In this document: piece after piece, positions 48,594 to 58,421 of the stretch | How the letters are laid out: every line of letters begins with the position of its first letter | How positions within the stretch are numbered: the stretch's first letter is position 1 | Assembly: GCA_000830295.1 (NCBI GenBank) | Contig: CP010425.1 | Coordinates: forward strand, 256,001-320,000 | DNA from: an archaeon GW2011_AR15 | GTDB lineage: Archaea; Nanobdellota; Nanobdellia; Woesearchaeales; GW2011-AR15 | DNA length: 64,000 nucleotides | Direction of reading: 5' to 3' | Program-made: the position numbers and the translations under genes | The notes under the pieces: model-generated | The model's input: only the letters and a program-made list of their open reading frames with translations | The model's database searches: none | Told to the model about the DNA's origin: nothing

Positions 48594-49540
48594 TTAAACT
48601 TCTCCTCCAGCTCTTTCTTCAGCTTGTCTCCTATAAACTTGCCCTTGAAATAATCAACCTTTACTGCCATTGATATCTTGTCAGCAAGCGCCCTGGCTGC
48701 CTTTCCCTTGTCTCCTTTCTCCGCTTTCTGCAGCAGAGGGTGGTCTATTATGATCCCGTGCTTCGGCGCTTTTGCATTCCTTGTCATATGCCTGAAAAGA
48801 GCCTTCTCTGCTCCCAATAACTGTATTGTTGAGGCCGGCATCATTACCATATTCCTTAAAGAGCCTGCAATCACAATCAGCTTTGCGCCTATTGAATATC
48901 CTGCAACAGCGACAAGATTGGGGCATGTCCTGTCCATGTGCGCTTCCATGTTTTTTTCCTGCCTTTCCTTATGCCTGTATAAATCAAGAATAGTGGCTGC
49001 AAGGTCTTTCGCCCCTGTATTATCCTCTCCAGTCCCCATTGTCCTCTTTATGTCAAATTCTTTCTTCAGCTCCTCTGCTGATTTTTTCGCTACAAGCTCT
49101 GCAAAATGCTGATGATCAGTTATTATCCCGTCAAGCTCAGGCAGGACATGGCCGTACATCTCCCTTAATCTTTTGGAAAGCATGTTGATTGCCTTGCTGA
49201 TTTCAACAACAGAGCTTGAAAGCTGCAATATCAATAAATCGTCTGTAACTGATTCCCTTACCTGCTCTCCTGTAAGGTAGAGATTGTTTTTGTAGAATTC
49301 CTCCCGGTATTGCTCGAGTTCCGGAGATATTTTTTCAAAATCAGCAGGATCGTCAGAATAAGTCAGTGATTTTATTGACTTGAATTTCCTGAGGAACTCT
49401 TTTTCTGTGTCAAGCTCTTCCCTGTTCTCCAGCTGTTTTGCTATCTTAGGGATGTCTTTTTCCTTAAAGAGCACTTTCTCCCTTATCTGGAAGTTCTGGT
49501 TGAATACAAAAGTCCCGACGATGTTTGAATACAGGTACAT
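48590..49540 (-). CDS. nop5: C/D box RNP protein Nop5 (Nop56/58)
   Basis: PNL, PASTIQLLGAEKALFRH, PKHG, GKAARALA. Confidence 0.95.
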   Translation of the reverse strand: MYLYSNIVGTFVFNQNFQIREKVLFKEKDIPKIAKQLENREELDTEKEFLRKFKSIKSLTYSDDPADFEKISPELEQYREEFYKNNLYLTGEQVRESVTDDLLILQLSSSVVEISKAINMLSKRLREMYGHVLPELDGIITDHQHFAELVAKKSAEELKKEFDIKRTMGTGEDNTGAKDLAATILDLYRHKERQEKNMEAHMDRTCPNLVAVAGYSIGAKLIVIAGSLRNMVMMPASTIQLLGAEKALFRHMTRNAKAPKHGIIIDHPLLQKAEKGDKGKAARALADKISMAVKVDYFKGKFIGDKLKKELEEKFK

Positions 49541-49658
49541 GAAATTTGTGAAAGAAGAGGTATTTTAATAATTGATGGTTTTGCTTGTCCGCAGATCTGA
49601 TTTTATCACCATAGAACAAAAAGCAAGAATTTAAATAGTTATAATGCTTAATATTAAA

Positions 49659-49746
49659 TCCCTGAGTAGGAGGTACCAATAAGCAAGTTCCACTAACGGG
49701 TTAAGCTGAGTATGGTCTTGATGAGGGTTTGATTCCTACAAGGGGA
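49659..49746 (+). ncRNA. Candidate small structured RNA
   Basis: TTTAAATA 22 nt upstream; terminal pairing TCCCT/GGGGA and GTAGGA/TCCTAC; internal CTGA and TGATGA; no protein ORF evident. Confidence 0.4.
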
Positions 49747-49764
49747 CTTTCTAAATAACTTTTT

Positions 49765-50439
49765 TCAGGTCTTGATTAATGTGTACCTGATGAATGTCGG
49801 CAGAAGCGTCGGTTCAGCACAGTAATTAAATCCTGATAATTCTATTAAATTTTCGAAAAACTTTTTACTATGTGAAAATACGGTCACTCCCAGCCATTCT
49901 CTGGCTATCCATACCCTAAAAGAACCAATCAATTCGTCAAACTTATTTTTACTAAAAGAGTCACGAAAAGTGATAACTCCCCCTTCAGCCAGGACATTCT
50001 TCCATTGCGCAAAAAGCAGTCGAAGATGTCTTTGATCAAAATATTCCAAAAATCCGTCTGTTTCTATCCAGTCAATGCTATGCTTTTTTATGAATGAATC
50101 AAGTTCCAGTGCATTTATTTTTTTTACAATTATATCCAGAGGGGAATATTTTGCACCAACTAATTTTCTGACTGCACGTATCTGTTCATCTCCTATATCA
50201 ATAATAATGATTTTTGCATTTTTGTTTTTGCCGGTCACAAATTTTATGAATTCATCCGCTGTAGCCTCATTTCCAACGCCGCAGAGCAAAGCTGAAAAAG
50301 ATTTTTTTGAAAAATTTAAGCTGAAATTAAGTCTTTTCAGATTTTTCAGGCATTTTTTATATGATGAGCGGAGATAAATGCGCCATAATGGGGTGCCGAT
50401 AATAATCTTGAATCTCCGATAATAGCTTTTATGTTTCAT
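49765..50439 (-). CDS. Class I SAM-dependent methyltransferase-like protein
   Basis: LLCGVG, IIDIG, INAL, D..LEYF, L..GG Rossmann-MTase pattern; starts 1 nt after the prenyl synthase stop. Confidence 0.7.
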   Translation of the reverse strand: MKHKSYYRRFKIIIGTPLWRIYLRSSYKKCLKNLKRLNFSLNFSKKSFSALLCGVGNEATADEFIKFVTGKNKNAKIIIIDIGDEQIRAVRKLVGAKYSPLDIIVKKINALELDSFIKKHSIDWIETDGFLEYFDQRHLRLLFAQWKNVLAEGGVITFRDSFSKNKFDELIGSFRVWIAREWLGVTVFSHSKKFFENLIELSGFNYCAEPTLLPTFIRYTLIKT

Positions 50440-50440
50440 T

Positions 50441-51334
50441 TTAAAGTAATTTTACGGCGTGTTCTGAGAAGTTCATAAGTGCCTCTTTATTTTTTATAGA
50501 AACTCCCGATAATATCCGCTTTAAATCATCCTGAAACTGCATTATCAGCTTCCTGCAGTGCGCTTCAGAAGTTATTGTTGCCAATGTATTCTTGCCTGCT
50601 TTCCTGTCCTGCTCAATATCCCCAAGGTCATCCTGGAGCTGGAACATTACCCCAAGTTTTTTTCCGAATTCATTCAGCTCGTGCTGCGTATGCCCGTCTT
50701 TTCCTGCAAGCATAGCCCCAAGCTGGAATGATGCCCCAAATAATGCTCCTGTCTTGAGCCCTGCCATTTTCAGATACTCCTGCTCTGTCGGCTTCCTGCT
50801 CTCAAACATCATGTCATACATCTGCCCGTGATGCAGAAGCTGGTCTGTTTTCTCCAATAGCTCGACTGCCTTGTATTTTTTCTCATCCGGAAAATCAGAA
50901 CTGAATATTGCTTTTTTTGAAAGTATATTTGTAATATTCCCAAGCATCATTGCAAAGCTCACAGCCTGCCTTGAAGGGCTGTCTGAAAATAATTTGCTTT
51001 CTGACTTGCCTGTTTTCTGCAGTTTCCTTACCATTTCGTGGACTGTTGGCTTCCCTCTTCTCAGCTCATCCTCATCCATTATGTCATCCAGGATCAGGGA
51101 GTAATTATGGTGGAGCTCAACTGCAACAGCAGGCAGCATTATTTTTTTAGGGTTTCCCCCTGAAGAAACATAAGAGAGGATTGCGGCCATCGGCCTCAGT
51201 CTCTTGCCGCCACTCATCACGTATCCTTTTAGTATATTATAGTATGGCCTGAGGTTTTCAGGGGTATCCCTTATTTCATTGCCAAGAAAAGCATCGAGAA
51301 TTTCTTCAAACTTTTTTTTATGCTCAGTTATCAT
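50441..51334 (-). CDS. idsA: Polyprenyl diphosphate synthase (IdsA/GGPPS-like)
   Basis: GGKRLRP, DDIMD..LRRG (FARM), GQ..D, KTG, FQLQDD (SARM). Confidence 0.93.
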   Translation of the reverse strand: MITEHKKKFEEILDAFLGNEIRDTPENLRPYYNILKGYVMSGGKRLRPMAAILSYVSSGGNPKKIMLPAVAVELHHNYSLILDDIMDEDELRRGKPTVHEMVRKLQKTGKSESKLFSDSPSRQAVSFAMMLGNITNILSKKAIFSSDFPDEKKYKAVELLEKTDQLLHHGQMYDMMFESRKPTEQEYLKMAGLKTGALFGASFQLGAMLAGKDGHTQHELNEFGKKLGVMFQLQDDLGDIEQDRKAGKNTLATITSEAHCRKLIMQFQDDLKRILSGVSIKNKEALMNFSEHAVKLL

Positions 51335-51338
51335 TTTA

Positions 51339-52229
51339 TTACGGTTTAACTTCAGTGTATATAATATTTTTTGAAAGCTTTTTCATGGAGTTCATCACAC
51401 CGTCTTTTTTGTCCTGCTCAACCAGCGCAACCATGTTCCCTCCTTTTCCTGCTCCTGCCAGCTTTGCCCCAAGCGCGCCTGCTGATTTTGCTGCACTGAC
51501 AAGCTCGTCAAGTTCTTTGCAGGAGACGCCAATCTGCTGGAGCAGTGCATGGTTCTTGTCCATCAGCCCCCCAAGCTGTGCTGTTTCCCCGCTTTCAAGG
51601 GCTGTTTTTGCATTTCCTGCTATCTGCCCGATTTTTTCAAACAGCGCTGAATATTCTTCCCTGTCTCTCTCATATCTCTGCCTGACTTCCAGCACAGCCT
51701 CTTTTGTCGGGGACTTTATGCCTGTGTTTGCTATTACAAGATGCAGGGGCTTTTTCAGTTTCAGAAAATACATTTCCCCGTCGTAAAAATAAACAGGCTT
51801 TCCATAAGTCACAACTGTATTGTCTATCCCGCTCGGCGTGCCGTGGAACATCTTCTCGCATTCAAATGCTATCTCATTCACCTTTTTGTCATCAATTGCC
51901 TTCCCAAGATGCTCTGCTATTGCCCTTATAAGTGCAACTGAAAGCGCTGCAGAGCTTCCCATGCCTGATGCAACCGGAATCGTCGACCTTATCTTTATCT
52001 CCATGTCTTTTTTTTCAGCATGGAGCTGGAAGAACAATAATTCAAGCAGGTCATTCAGCCTCTCTTTTTCCTCCTTGTACAGCTCCCTGTCAGTCTCATA
52101 AGAAAAATAGTCAGAAGGACTTATGGAAACTTCGACTGCCGCGTCTTTCACAGGGACTGCAATGCCGGGGTAGCCGTAGACAACTGCGTGCTCACCGAAC
52201 AAAATTATTTTTCCTGATGCCTTGGCCAT
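51339..52229 (-). CDS. mvk: Mevalonate kinase
   Basis: GKIILFGEHAVVYG, GMGSSAA, HGTPSGID, GAKLAGAG.GG. Confidence 0.96.
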   Translation of the reverse strand: MAKASGKIILFGEHAVVYGYPGIAVPVKDAAVEVSISPSDYFSYETDRELYKEEKERLNDLLELLFFQLHAEKKDMEIKIRSTIPVASGMGSSAALSVALIRAIAEHLGKAIDDKKVNEIAFECEKMFHGTPSGIDNTVVTYGKPVYFYDGEMYFLKLKKPLHLVIANTGIKSPTKEAVLEVRQRYERDREEYSALFEKIGQIAGNAKTALESGETAQLGGLMDKNHALLQQIGVSCKELDELVSAAKSAGALGAKLAGAGKGGNMVALVEQDKKDGVMNSMKKLSKNIIYTEVKP

Positions 52230-52376
52230 GATTTAAGATATTGCCAGACTATATATAAGAATAACGGAAAATCCTGAAAAACGCATTTAAAAGTCCATAA
52301 TAAATATGGTTTATGCCGAGGGTAATTGACAAAACTGAGAAACATTTGCCAGAATTTAAAGAATTAATGGAAAAAA

Positions 52377-52511
52377 TTATCTGACTCTTTTTACCCGCCC
52401 TGCTTTGACATCATCTAATCCTTTCTTGAATTTCCCGACTAATTCCCAGTCTACCTGTTCCAGTTTCTTGAGCCTATCGTATTCTTCTCTTGGTATCGTT
52501 ACAGTATCCAT
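52377..52511 (-). CDS. 44-aa antitoxin-like small protein (not in ORF track)
   Basis: MDTVTIPREEYDRLKKLEQVDWELVGKFKKGLDDVKAGRVKRVR*; TTTATAAA element about 25 nt upstream. Confidence 0.7.
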   Translation of the reverse strand: MDTVTIPREEYDRLKKLEQVDWELVGKFKKGLDDVKAGRVKRVR

Positions 52512-52553
52512 ATTAGCAAATAACAGGATATTCTTTATAAAGTTTGTTGCTGT

Positions 52554-53720
52554 CTACCTGTTTAATTTCTGATGCGAGCTGCTGAGCTCTTTAGAGCACA
52601 GTGCACCCAATAAAGATATCTCTCCTGCAAGGACGGCAGCCGCGGTTATCTCTGCAAGTTTTTTTGAGTTTGCCCCAGGCGGATTCCCCGGGCCGGCAAC
52701 ACCCATTATGGAAAGCGCTTCCTTCTGCGTCTTCAGCCCTGTTCCGCCTCCTACTGTGCCGACCTGCAGGCTTGAAAGAGTAACAGAGAAATTAACTCCT
52801 CCCTCATTTTTTTCAACTGTTGTGAATCCGAGAGAACCGTCAACAACATGCGCGGCATCCTGACCTGTTGCAATGAACATTGCAGCTATTATATTTGCGA
52901 AATGCGCGTTGTATCCGAGGCTTCCTGAGGCAGCGCTTCCGAGAAGGTTCTTCCTGTAATTCATGTCAGCCAGGTTATCAGATGTTGTTTTCAGGACTGA
53001 CTCAATGACTTCTTCGGGTATGCTGACAGATGCAATAACTCTTTTCCCTCTTGACTCTATTAAATTCATTGCGCCCGGTTTCTTGTCAACGCACATGTTC
53101 CCTGATTCAGAGACAAATTCAATCTCATAATTTTTTGAGACATAATCAGCGATTTTTTTGCCTGCAATAGTGACCATGTTCATTCCCATTGCATCGCTTG
53201 TGTCTGCCTTTATCCTCAGCCATACATTCAGGCCTACAACATATGAATCAATACCAATAATTCTCAGGAACCTCTCTCCCTCTTCCCCTGCTTTCTTTAA
53301 TTTTTCAAAATTTTCCTCTGCCCATTCTGTGAATTTTTTTGCTTCTTTGACTGATTTTGCTTTGAACAGTATTGAGCGCGTCTGCTCATTTTTTATTATG
53401 ACTGCCTCTGCCCCGCCTGATTTGCTTATTACTGAGCATCCCCTGCTGACAGATGCGACAAGTGCGCCTTCTGTTGTTGCCAGAGGGATGTAGAATTCGC
53501 CTTTTGCATGCTCCCCGCTGACTTTGACAGGCCCGGCAATTCCCATGGGAAGCTGGGCTGAGCCGATTAAATTTTCTATGTTTGCGTCTGCTTGTTTTTC
53601 ATTAAGTATGGATTTTTTTATGTTTTCAAGATTAACTCCCAGTTTTTTTTCCAGAAAAGCTCTTCTTTCTTCTTCTGCCATCTCATGCAGTTTTTTAGCA
53701 GAGCCTGAATTTGTACCCAT
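52554..53720 (-). CDS. hmgA: HMG-CoA reductase (class I, NADPH)
   Basis: ENLIG, PLATTEGALVAS, DAMGMN, GN.C.DKK, TGQD.A, GTVGGGT. Confidence 0.97.
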   Translation of the reverse strand: MGTNSGSAKKLHEMAEEERRAFLEKKLGVNLENIKKSILNEKQADANIENLIGSAQLPMGIAGPVKVSGEHAKGEFYIPLATTEGALVASVSRGCSVISKSGGAEAVIIKNEQTRSILFKAKSVKEAKKFTEWAEENFEKLKKAGEEGERFLRIIGIDSYVVGLNVWLRIKADTSDAMGMNMVTIAGKKIADYVSKNYEIEFVSESGNMCVDKKPGAMNLIESRGKRVIASVSIPEEVIESVLKTTSDNLADMNYRKNLLGSAASGSLGYNAHFANIIAAMFIATGQDAAHVVDGSLGFTTVEKNEGGVNFSVTLSSLQVGTVGGGTGLKTQKEALSIMGVAGPGNPPGANSKKLAEITAAAVLAGEISLLGALCSKELSSSHQKLNR

Positions 53721-54108
53721 ACTGGATTACCCCCTTTGCGCCGTGCTCCATTATCTTCCTGAAAACAACTTCAACATTTTTTCCAATCTCAATATCCTCA
53801 AAATTGCAGTCGACTATCTCTGCTGTCAGCATCGGGCCTTCCTCAAGCTTTATCACAGCGACAGCATAGGGAACGTCCCTTGCAGGAATCTCTGTGTTCT
53901 CCCCCTCAGGGTCGCTTATCGGAGTCCTTGTAATAGTGAACGTGACTATCTGGCCTTTTCCCTCAAATTTATAATCTGTCATCTCAAGGCAGCCGCATTT
54001 TTTGCACACGTCCCTGACAGGAAAATACAGCTCCTTGCATTCAGGGCACTGCCTGCCTATGAGGTTGTAGTATTCGGGTATTTTCCGCCAAATCTTGGGA
54101 ACTGCCAT
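53695..54108 (-). CDS. DUF35 Zn-ribbon/OB-fold scaffold protein
   Basis: CPEC..FP...CKKC, IVTFT, PY, YGYKF; follows the thiolase. Confidence 0.94.
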   Translation of the reverse strand: MAVPKIWRKIPEYYNLIGRQCPECKELYFPVRDVCKKCGCLEMTDYKFEGKGQIVTFTITRTPISDPEGENTEIPARDVPYAVAVIKLEEGPMLTAEIVDCNFEDIEIGKNVEVVFRKIMEHGAKGVIQYGYKFRLC

Positions 54109-54109
54109 T

Positions 54110-55261
54110 TTATCTTCTGAAAATATGGACGACTGCTGTGCCGCCGCTTCCTCCTACATTGTGTGTTAATGCTATTTCTGCGCCTGTGCTGTTGCCTGCC
54201 TCTCCCCTCAGCTGTTTTACTGCCTCTATTGCCTGGGCAATCCCTGTTGCGCCCACAGGATGGCCTTTTGCCTTTAATCCTCCAGAGGTGTTTACCGGGA
54301 TTTTTCCTCCGACCATTGTCTGGCCTTCTTCTGTGAATCTGCCAGAGCTACCTTTTTCCACAAATCCCAGATCCTCCAGCGCAAGCAGTTCTGCTATTGT
54401 AAAGCAGTCGTGGACTTCCGCAACCTGTATATCTTCAGGAGTTAATTTTGCCTGCTCATATGCTTTTTTAGCTGCCTCAACTGTTGCCTTTAATGTAAGG
54501 ATGTCTTCCCTGTCATGCAGGCTTATTGAGTCTGTTGCATGCCCGCTTCCTGCTATCCATACCGGAGTATCACTAAGCTCCCTTGCTTTTTCTTCAGAAG
54601 CCAGAACAACTGCTGCCCCGCCGTCTGTTATCGGGCTGGCATCCAGCAGCTTTATCGGGTCTGAAATCAGTGTGGATTCCATAACGTCCCGGACCGTGAT
54701 TTCTTTCCTGAACTGCGCATACTTGTTTGTCATTGCATTCTTATGGTTCTTTACAGCCACTGCCGCCATCTGCTCCTCTGTTGTGCCGTACTTGTGCATG
54801 TGCAGCTTTGCCATCATTGCATACAGCCCCGGGAAAGTTGCCCCAAAGATCCCTTCGCTGTCTGTGTCAGCTGCGGTTGCAAGGACTTTTGTGACAGAGT
54901 AATTCCCTAAGTCAGTCATCTTCTCGACGCCGCCTGCAACCGCTATGTCATGCTCGCCTGATGCAATGTCCAGATATGCCTGCCTCAGTGCCAGGCCTCC
55001 TGATGCGCAGGCTGCCTCAACCCTTACAGATGGAATATTTTTGAAGCCTGAGTAATCCGGAATCTTGCTGGCCAGATGCTCCTGGTTTGCGAAAAGCCCG
55101 CCCGACATTGTGCCGCCGTAAAGCACTTCAACATCTTTCTGCGATATGCCTGCATCCCTGACTGCCTTTACACCTGCCTCTACACTTAAACTTGTTAATC
55201 CTCTTTCCCAAAGCTGGCCGAATCTTGTCTGCCCCAGTCCGATTACCGCTACTTTTCTCAT
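54110..55261 (-). CDS. Acetoacetyl-CoA thiolase (archaeal type)
   Basis: [34 protein letters not shown]. Confidence 0.96.
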   Translation of the reverse strand: MRKVAVIGLGQTRFGQLWERGLTSLSVEAGVKAVRDAGISQKDVEVLYGGTMSGGLFANQEHLASKIPDYSGFKNIPSVRVEAACASGGLALRQAYLDIASGEHDIAVAGGVEKMTDLGNYSVTKVLATAADTDSEGIFGATFPGLYAMMAKLHMHKYGTTEEQMAAVAVKNHKNAMTNKYAQFRKEITVRDVMESTLISDPIKLLDASPITDGGAAVVLASEEKARELSDTPVWIAGSGHATDSISLHDREDILTLKATVEAAKKAYEQAKLTPEDIQVAEVHDCFTIAELLALEDLGFVEKGSSGRFTEEGQTMVGGKIPVNTSGGLKAKGHPVGATGIAQAIEAVKQLRGEAGNSTGAEIALTHNVGGSGGTAVVHIFRR

Positions 55262-56286
55262 GCTAGTTTGCCCGTGTTTTTCAGATATTTTGGATAGCTG
55301 ATATACACCTTGTCATTGATTTGCGATTCAACAGATTTCGTCTGCCTGTCTGCTATCCTTCCTGTTACAATCAGGTCAAAACTGTCGCTTCCTGCTCCTG
55401 AGCCGTATGATGTCAGGAGAATTCTCTGGCCTGGCTTTGCTATGTCAAGTACTGCTGCTAACCCGAGCAGTGATGAGCCTGAATAAGTGTTCCCTATCTT
55501 CCTTACAACCATTCCCGGAGCTATCTGCTCTTCTGTGAATCCCAATAGTTTTGCAACCCTTGCCGGGAATTTTCCGTTCGGCTGGTGGAAAACCGCATAG
55601 TCATAATCCTCCGGCTTTGTGCCGACATCTTTCATGAGCATTTTTGTTGCCTCTGTTATGTGCCTGTAATAAGCAGGCTCGCCTGTGAATGCCCCGCCAT
55701 GCCCGGGGTATTTCTGCTCTTTCCTTCTCCAGAAATCAGGGGTGTCTGATGTGAAAGAAAGTGTCTGGTTTATCTCCGCAACAACATTCTCCTCGCCTAT
55801 TATGAAAACTGCCCCGCCTGCTGCTGCTGTATATTCCAATGGGTCTCCGGGAGCTGCCTGGGCTGTGTCTGCGCCTCCTGCAATGACGTAATCAGCCATT
55901 CCCGAGCGCGCCCATGCAGCAGCAACCTGCATTGCCGCAGTCCCTGCCTTGCATGCAAATTCAAAATCTGCTGTTGTGTAGTCATTCGATAATCCTATGG
56001 CTGTCCCCACTATTGTTCCTGTTGGCTTGACAGCATAAGGGTGGCTTTCAGAGCCTATGTAGACAGCGCCTATTTCCTTCGGGCTTAATTTTGATGATTT
56101 CAGAGCCCTCCTTGCAGCCTCGACTGCAATCGTCGCAGTGTCCTCGTCAATCCCAGGCACTGATTTCTCTGTTATGCCTAATCCTAACTTGATTTGTTCT
56201 GCATCCCCGCCGTGGGCGGCTGCAATATCCTCTACCTTAATCCTGTATCTTGGTATATAAGAGCCCCACGCAACAATTCCTGCCAT
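55258..56286 (-). CDS. HMG-CoA synthase (archaeal type)
   Basis: [41 protein letters not shown]. Confidence 0.97.
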   Translation of the reverse strand: MAGIVAWGSYIPRYRIKVEDIAAAHGGDAEQIKLGLGITEKSVPGIDEDTATIAVEAARRALKSSKLSPKEIGAVYIGSESHPYAVKPTGTIVGTAIGLSNDYTTADFEFACKAGTAAMQVAAAWARSGMADYVIAGGADTAQAAPGDPLEYTAAAGGAVFIIGEENVVAEINQTLSFTSDTPDFWRRKEQKYPGHGGAFTGEPAYYRHITEATKMLMKDVGTKPEDYDYAVFHQPNGKFPARVAKLLGFTEEQIAPGMVVRKIGNTYSGSSLLGLAAVLDIAKPGQRILLTSYGSGAGSDSFDLIVTGRIADRQTKSVESQINDKVYISYPKYLKNTGKLA

Positions 56287-56309
56287 TTTCCCCCGTGTAT
56301 AGTAATTTG

Positions 56310-56518
56310 ATGATGGTTTTTAAAGGTTGTGAAAAAGACATACCATTCACTACCTATCGTATCTACAATAGTAGAAATTATTAGAAGCTTCTAGACATAG
56401 ATATTCTGCCACAGGCCTAAGGACCCCTGTAGGAGAGCCGTTCAGGATATATGTAAGGGCATACGGCGACAATGTTGTTTCTGATGAGATTACAAGCGAG
56501 TGGGTCTACTGGGAGTAA
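56310..56518 (+). pseudogene. Possible frameshifted fibronectin type III-like fragment
   Basis: Two frames: ...TTYRIYNSR then ...RYSATGLRTPVGEPFRIYVRAYGDNVVSD... Confidence 0.3.
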
Positions 56519-57441
56519 TCATATCCCCTGCTGACAATTTTCACATCCAGCACAATTAATTTTCTCTCTTTGCAGTATCCCAGAAGTTTTTCTTTATTTT
56601 TCAGGCAAACCGCAAGCATGACATCCCCTCCGCCTGCACCGGCAAGCCCTGCAGTATAGGCCCAGTTTTTTTTAAGGGCATCAATAAGCCCTGTCATTTC
56701 CTCTGGTTCAATATCAACCCCTGCAAGCTCCCCTAATTTTTTTCTTGCCTGCCATGACTTCTCCAGATAAAATTTTATCTGTTCTGTATTCTCCTGCTCA
56801 AATGCTTTTTTGCAGAGGAGGTTTATGTTATTGTACTCTCCCATGAAGTCCTTATATTCTCCCGGCTTTTTTTTCTTGTATGCCAGAACTTTTGAAACCA
56901 TCTCAGCTGTTGATGCCGGCCTGCCTGTATATATCAGAACAGGAACCAGTTCAGAAGGCCATTCAAATTCCTCTCTTGAGCTGCCGGAGAAAAACTGCGA
57001 GCCGTAGCACGCAGCAGAAATATCATATCCGCTCCCCTTGTTTCCCTGTGCCCTGTAATGCGCTTTTTTTGCTGTCTCATACACTTTGTCCCTGCCATCA
57101 ATCCCGTGTATTTTCAAAACAGCAGCAGCAACTGCAACAGCAGCAGCAGCAGAGCTTCCAAGCCCTGTTTTCCCGTCTAAAAACATCTCCTTATCACTGG
57201 ATGTCTTTATTGATAAGTTTTTCACAGCAATCTTTTTTTTCTTCAGGAAAGCATGCGCTTCTTCAAGGGCAGCTTTCACAAACCTGTCATCCCTGCCTTT
57301 CGTGTCTATCTTATTTTCTCCTGATTCCTCAACTTCAGCAGTAACTCCTTTATCGACATTGACAACCAGCCCTATATTATCAGCCTCGAGAATAGCATAG
57401 CCTCCGAAAACAAGTATCTTGCCGTATGCTTTTGCTTCCAT
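56506..57441 (-). CDS. Phosphomevalonate kinase (GHMP, ERG8-like)
   Basis: GKILVFGGY, KTGLGSSAA, H..AQG..GSGYDI, AGAGGGD; follows mvaD. Confidence 0.88.
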   Translation of the reverse strand: MEAKAYGKILVFGGYAILEADNIGLVVNVDKGVTAEVEESGENKIDTKGRDDRFVKAALEEAHAFLKKKKIAVKNLSIKTSSDKEMFLDGKTGLGSSAAAAVAVAAAVLKIHGIDGRDKVYETAKKAHYRAQGNKGSGYDISAACYGSQFFSGSSREEFEWPSELVPVLIYTGRPASTAEMVSKVLAYKKKKPGEYKDFMGEYNNINLLCKKAFEQENTEQIKFYLEKSWQARKKLGELAGVDIEPEEMTGLIDALKKNWAYTAGLAGAGGGDVMLAVCLKNKEKLLGYCKERKLIVLDVKIVSRGYDYSQ

Positions 57442-58382
57442 CAGAACAGGTGCTCCTCTGTATACCTGACTCCTTTCCCAGGCCTTGAGATTATTATTTT
57501 CCCGAAGCCGAAAAGCGCGTCTTTTGCTTTTGTGAGATTTTTCTTTGTTGTTATTATGTGGGCATTGGGGCCTGCGTCAAAAGTGTAGGCTGCTATTATC
57601 CCGCTGCTGTTCAGCTCCCTTACTATGTCTTTTATTGCATAAGACTTTTCATTCAGATATTCTATCCCTGCTTCTTCTATGCATGCGTGCATATTATCAG
57701 AATCTTTCATTATTGCCTCTGCCAGTGCAGGAAAATCTTTTTCCGCAATTGCCTTCCTTACTGCATCAAGCGTCCTGCTGATACTTTTTATTCTCTCCTT
57801 ATACAATCTGCTTTTCTCCTGCGTCAGCTTCATTGCCTCCCTTGAGCTTATTTTTTTCTCGTCGCTGCTCGTTATAACAACAATGTCCCTAAGCTCTTCC
57901 CAGTAAAGCCCGTCATGCAGCTGCACAGCATGCTCTCCTGACCATTCAACAAATCCGCTGTATACTGACCGGGAAGCACTGCCTGAGCCTTTTCTTGCCA
58001 GGGCAGACAGCTGCTCGTCTGTGAGCCCTAAATCAAGTGCCTTATTGCATGCTGCTGCAAGCGCTGCAAACCCTGATGCTGACGATGCAATCCCTGATGC
58101 TGTGGGAAACGTATTCACAGAAACAACCTTAGCCTTTGAGCCGCACCTGAACAGGCTGATGAATTCAGAGACCTTTTTCAGCTTCTCCCCTGTCTCTTTT
58201 CTGTCGTTCAGGATAAATTCATCCTCGCCATATTTATCAGAGAACTCGACTGTCGTCCTTGTTGACAGTGTGCTGTCAAGCGTCATTGAGATGCTCGGAT
58301 TCATGGGGATATTATCCTCTGATTTCTTCCCCCAGTATTTTACGAATGCTATGTTAGAATTTGCTATTGCTGTTGCTTTCAT
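57441..58382 (-). CDS. mvaD: Diphosphomevalonate decarboxylase
   Basis: NIAFVKYWGK, SISMTL, GIASSASG, GSGSASRS, YTFDAGPN. Confidence 0.94.
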   Translation of the reverse strand: MKATAIANSNIAFVKYWGKKSEDNIPMNPSISMTLDSTLSTRTTVEFSDKYGEDEFILNDRKETGEKLKKVSEFISLFRCGSKAKVVSVNTFPTASGIASSASGFAALAAACNKALDLGLTDEQLSALARKGSGSASRSVYSGFVEWSGEHAVQLHDGLYWEELRDIVVITSSDEKKISSREAMKLTQEKSRLYKERIKSISRTLDAVRKAIAEKDFPALAEAIMKDSDNMHACIEEAGIEYLNEKSYAIKDIVRELNSSGIIAAYTFDAGPNAHIITTKKNLTKAKDALFGFGKIIISRPGKGVRYTEEHLF

Positions 58383-58421
58383 AAGCCAGGAGAATGCAAG
58401 AAGGTATAAAAGAATTTTGAA

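Noticed and set aside
3531-54902. Long antisense ORFs (e.g. 3531-4223, 18780-19433, 25526-26344, 46550-47233, 54138-54902)
   Set aside because: Ser/Phe/Leu-rich shadows of genes on the other strand; no motifs of their own.
56370-56490. CTGATGA (56481) plus an upstream GAAA as a hammerhead ribozyme
   Set aside because: The required stems cannot be formed around the core.
57121-57155. GCA-rich microsatellite-like run
   Set aside because: It encodes the Ala-rich helix after the GHMP GLGSS motif.
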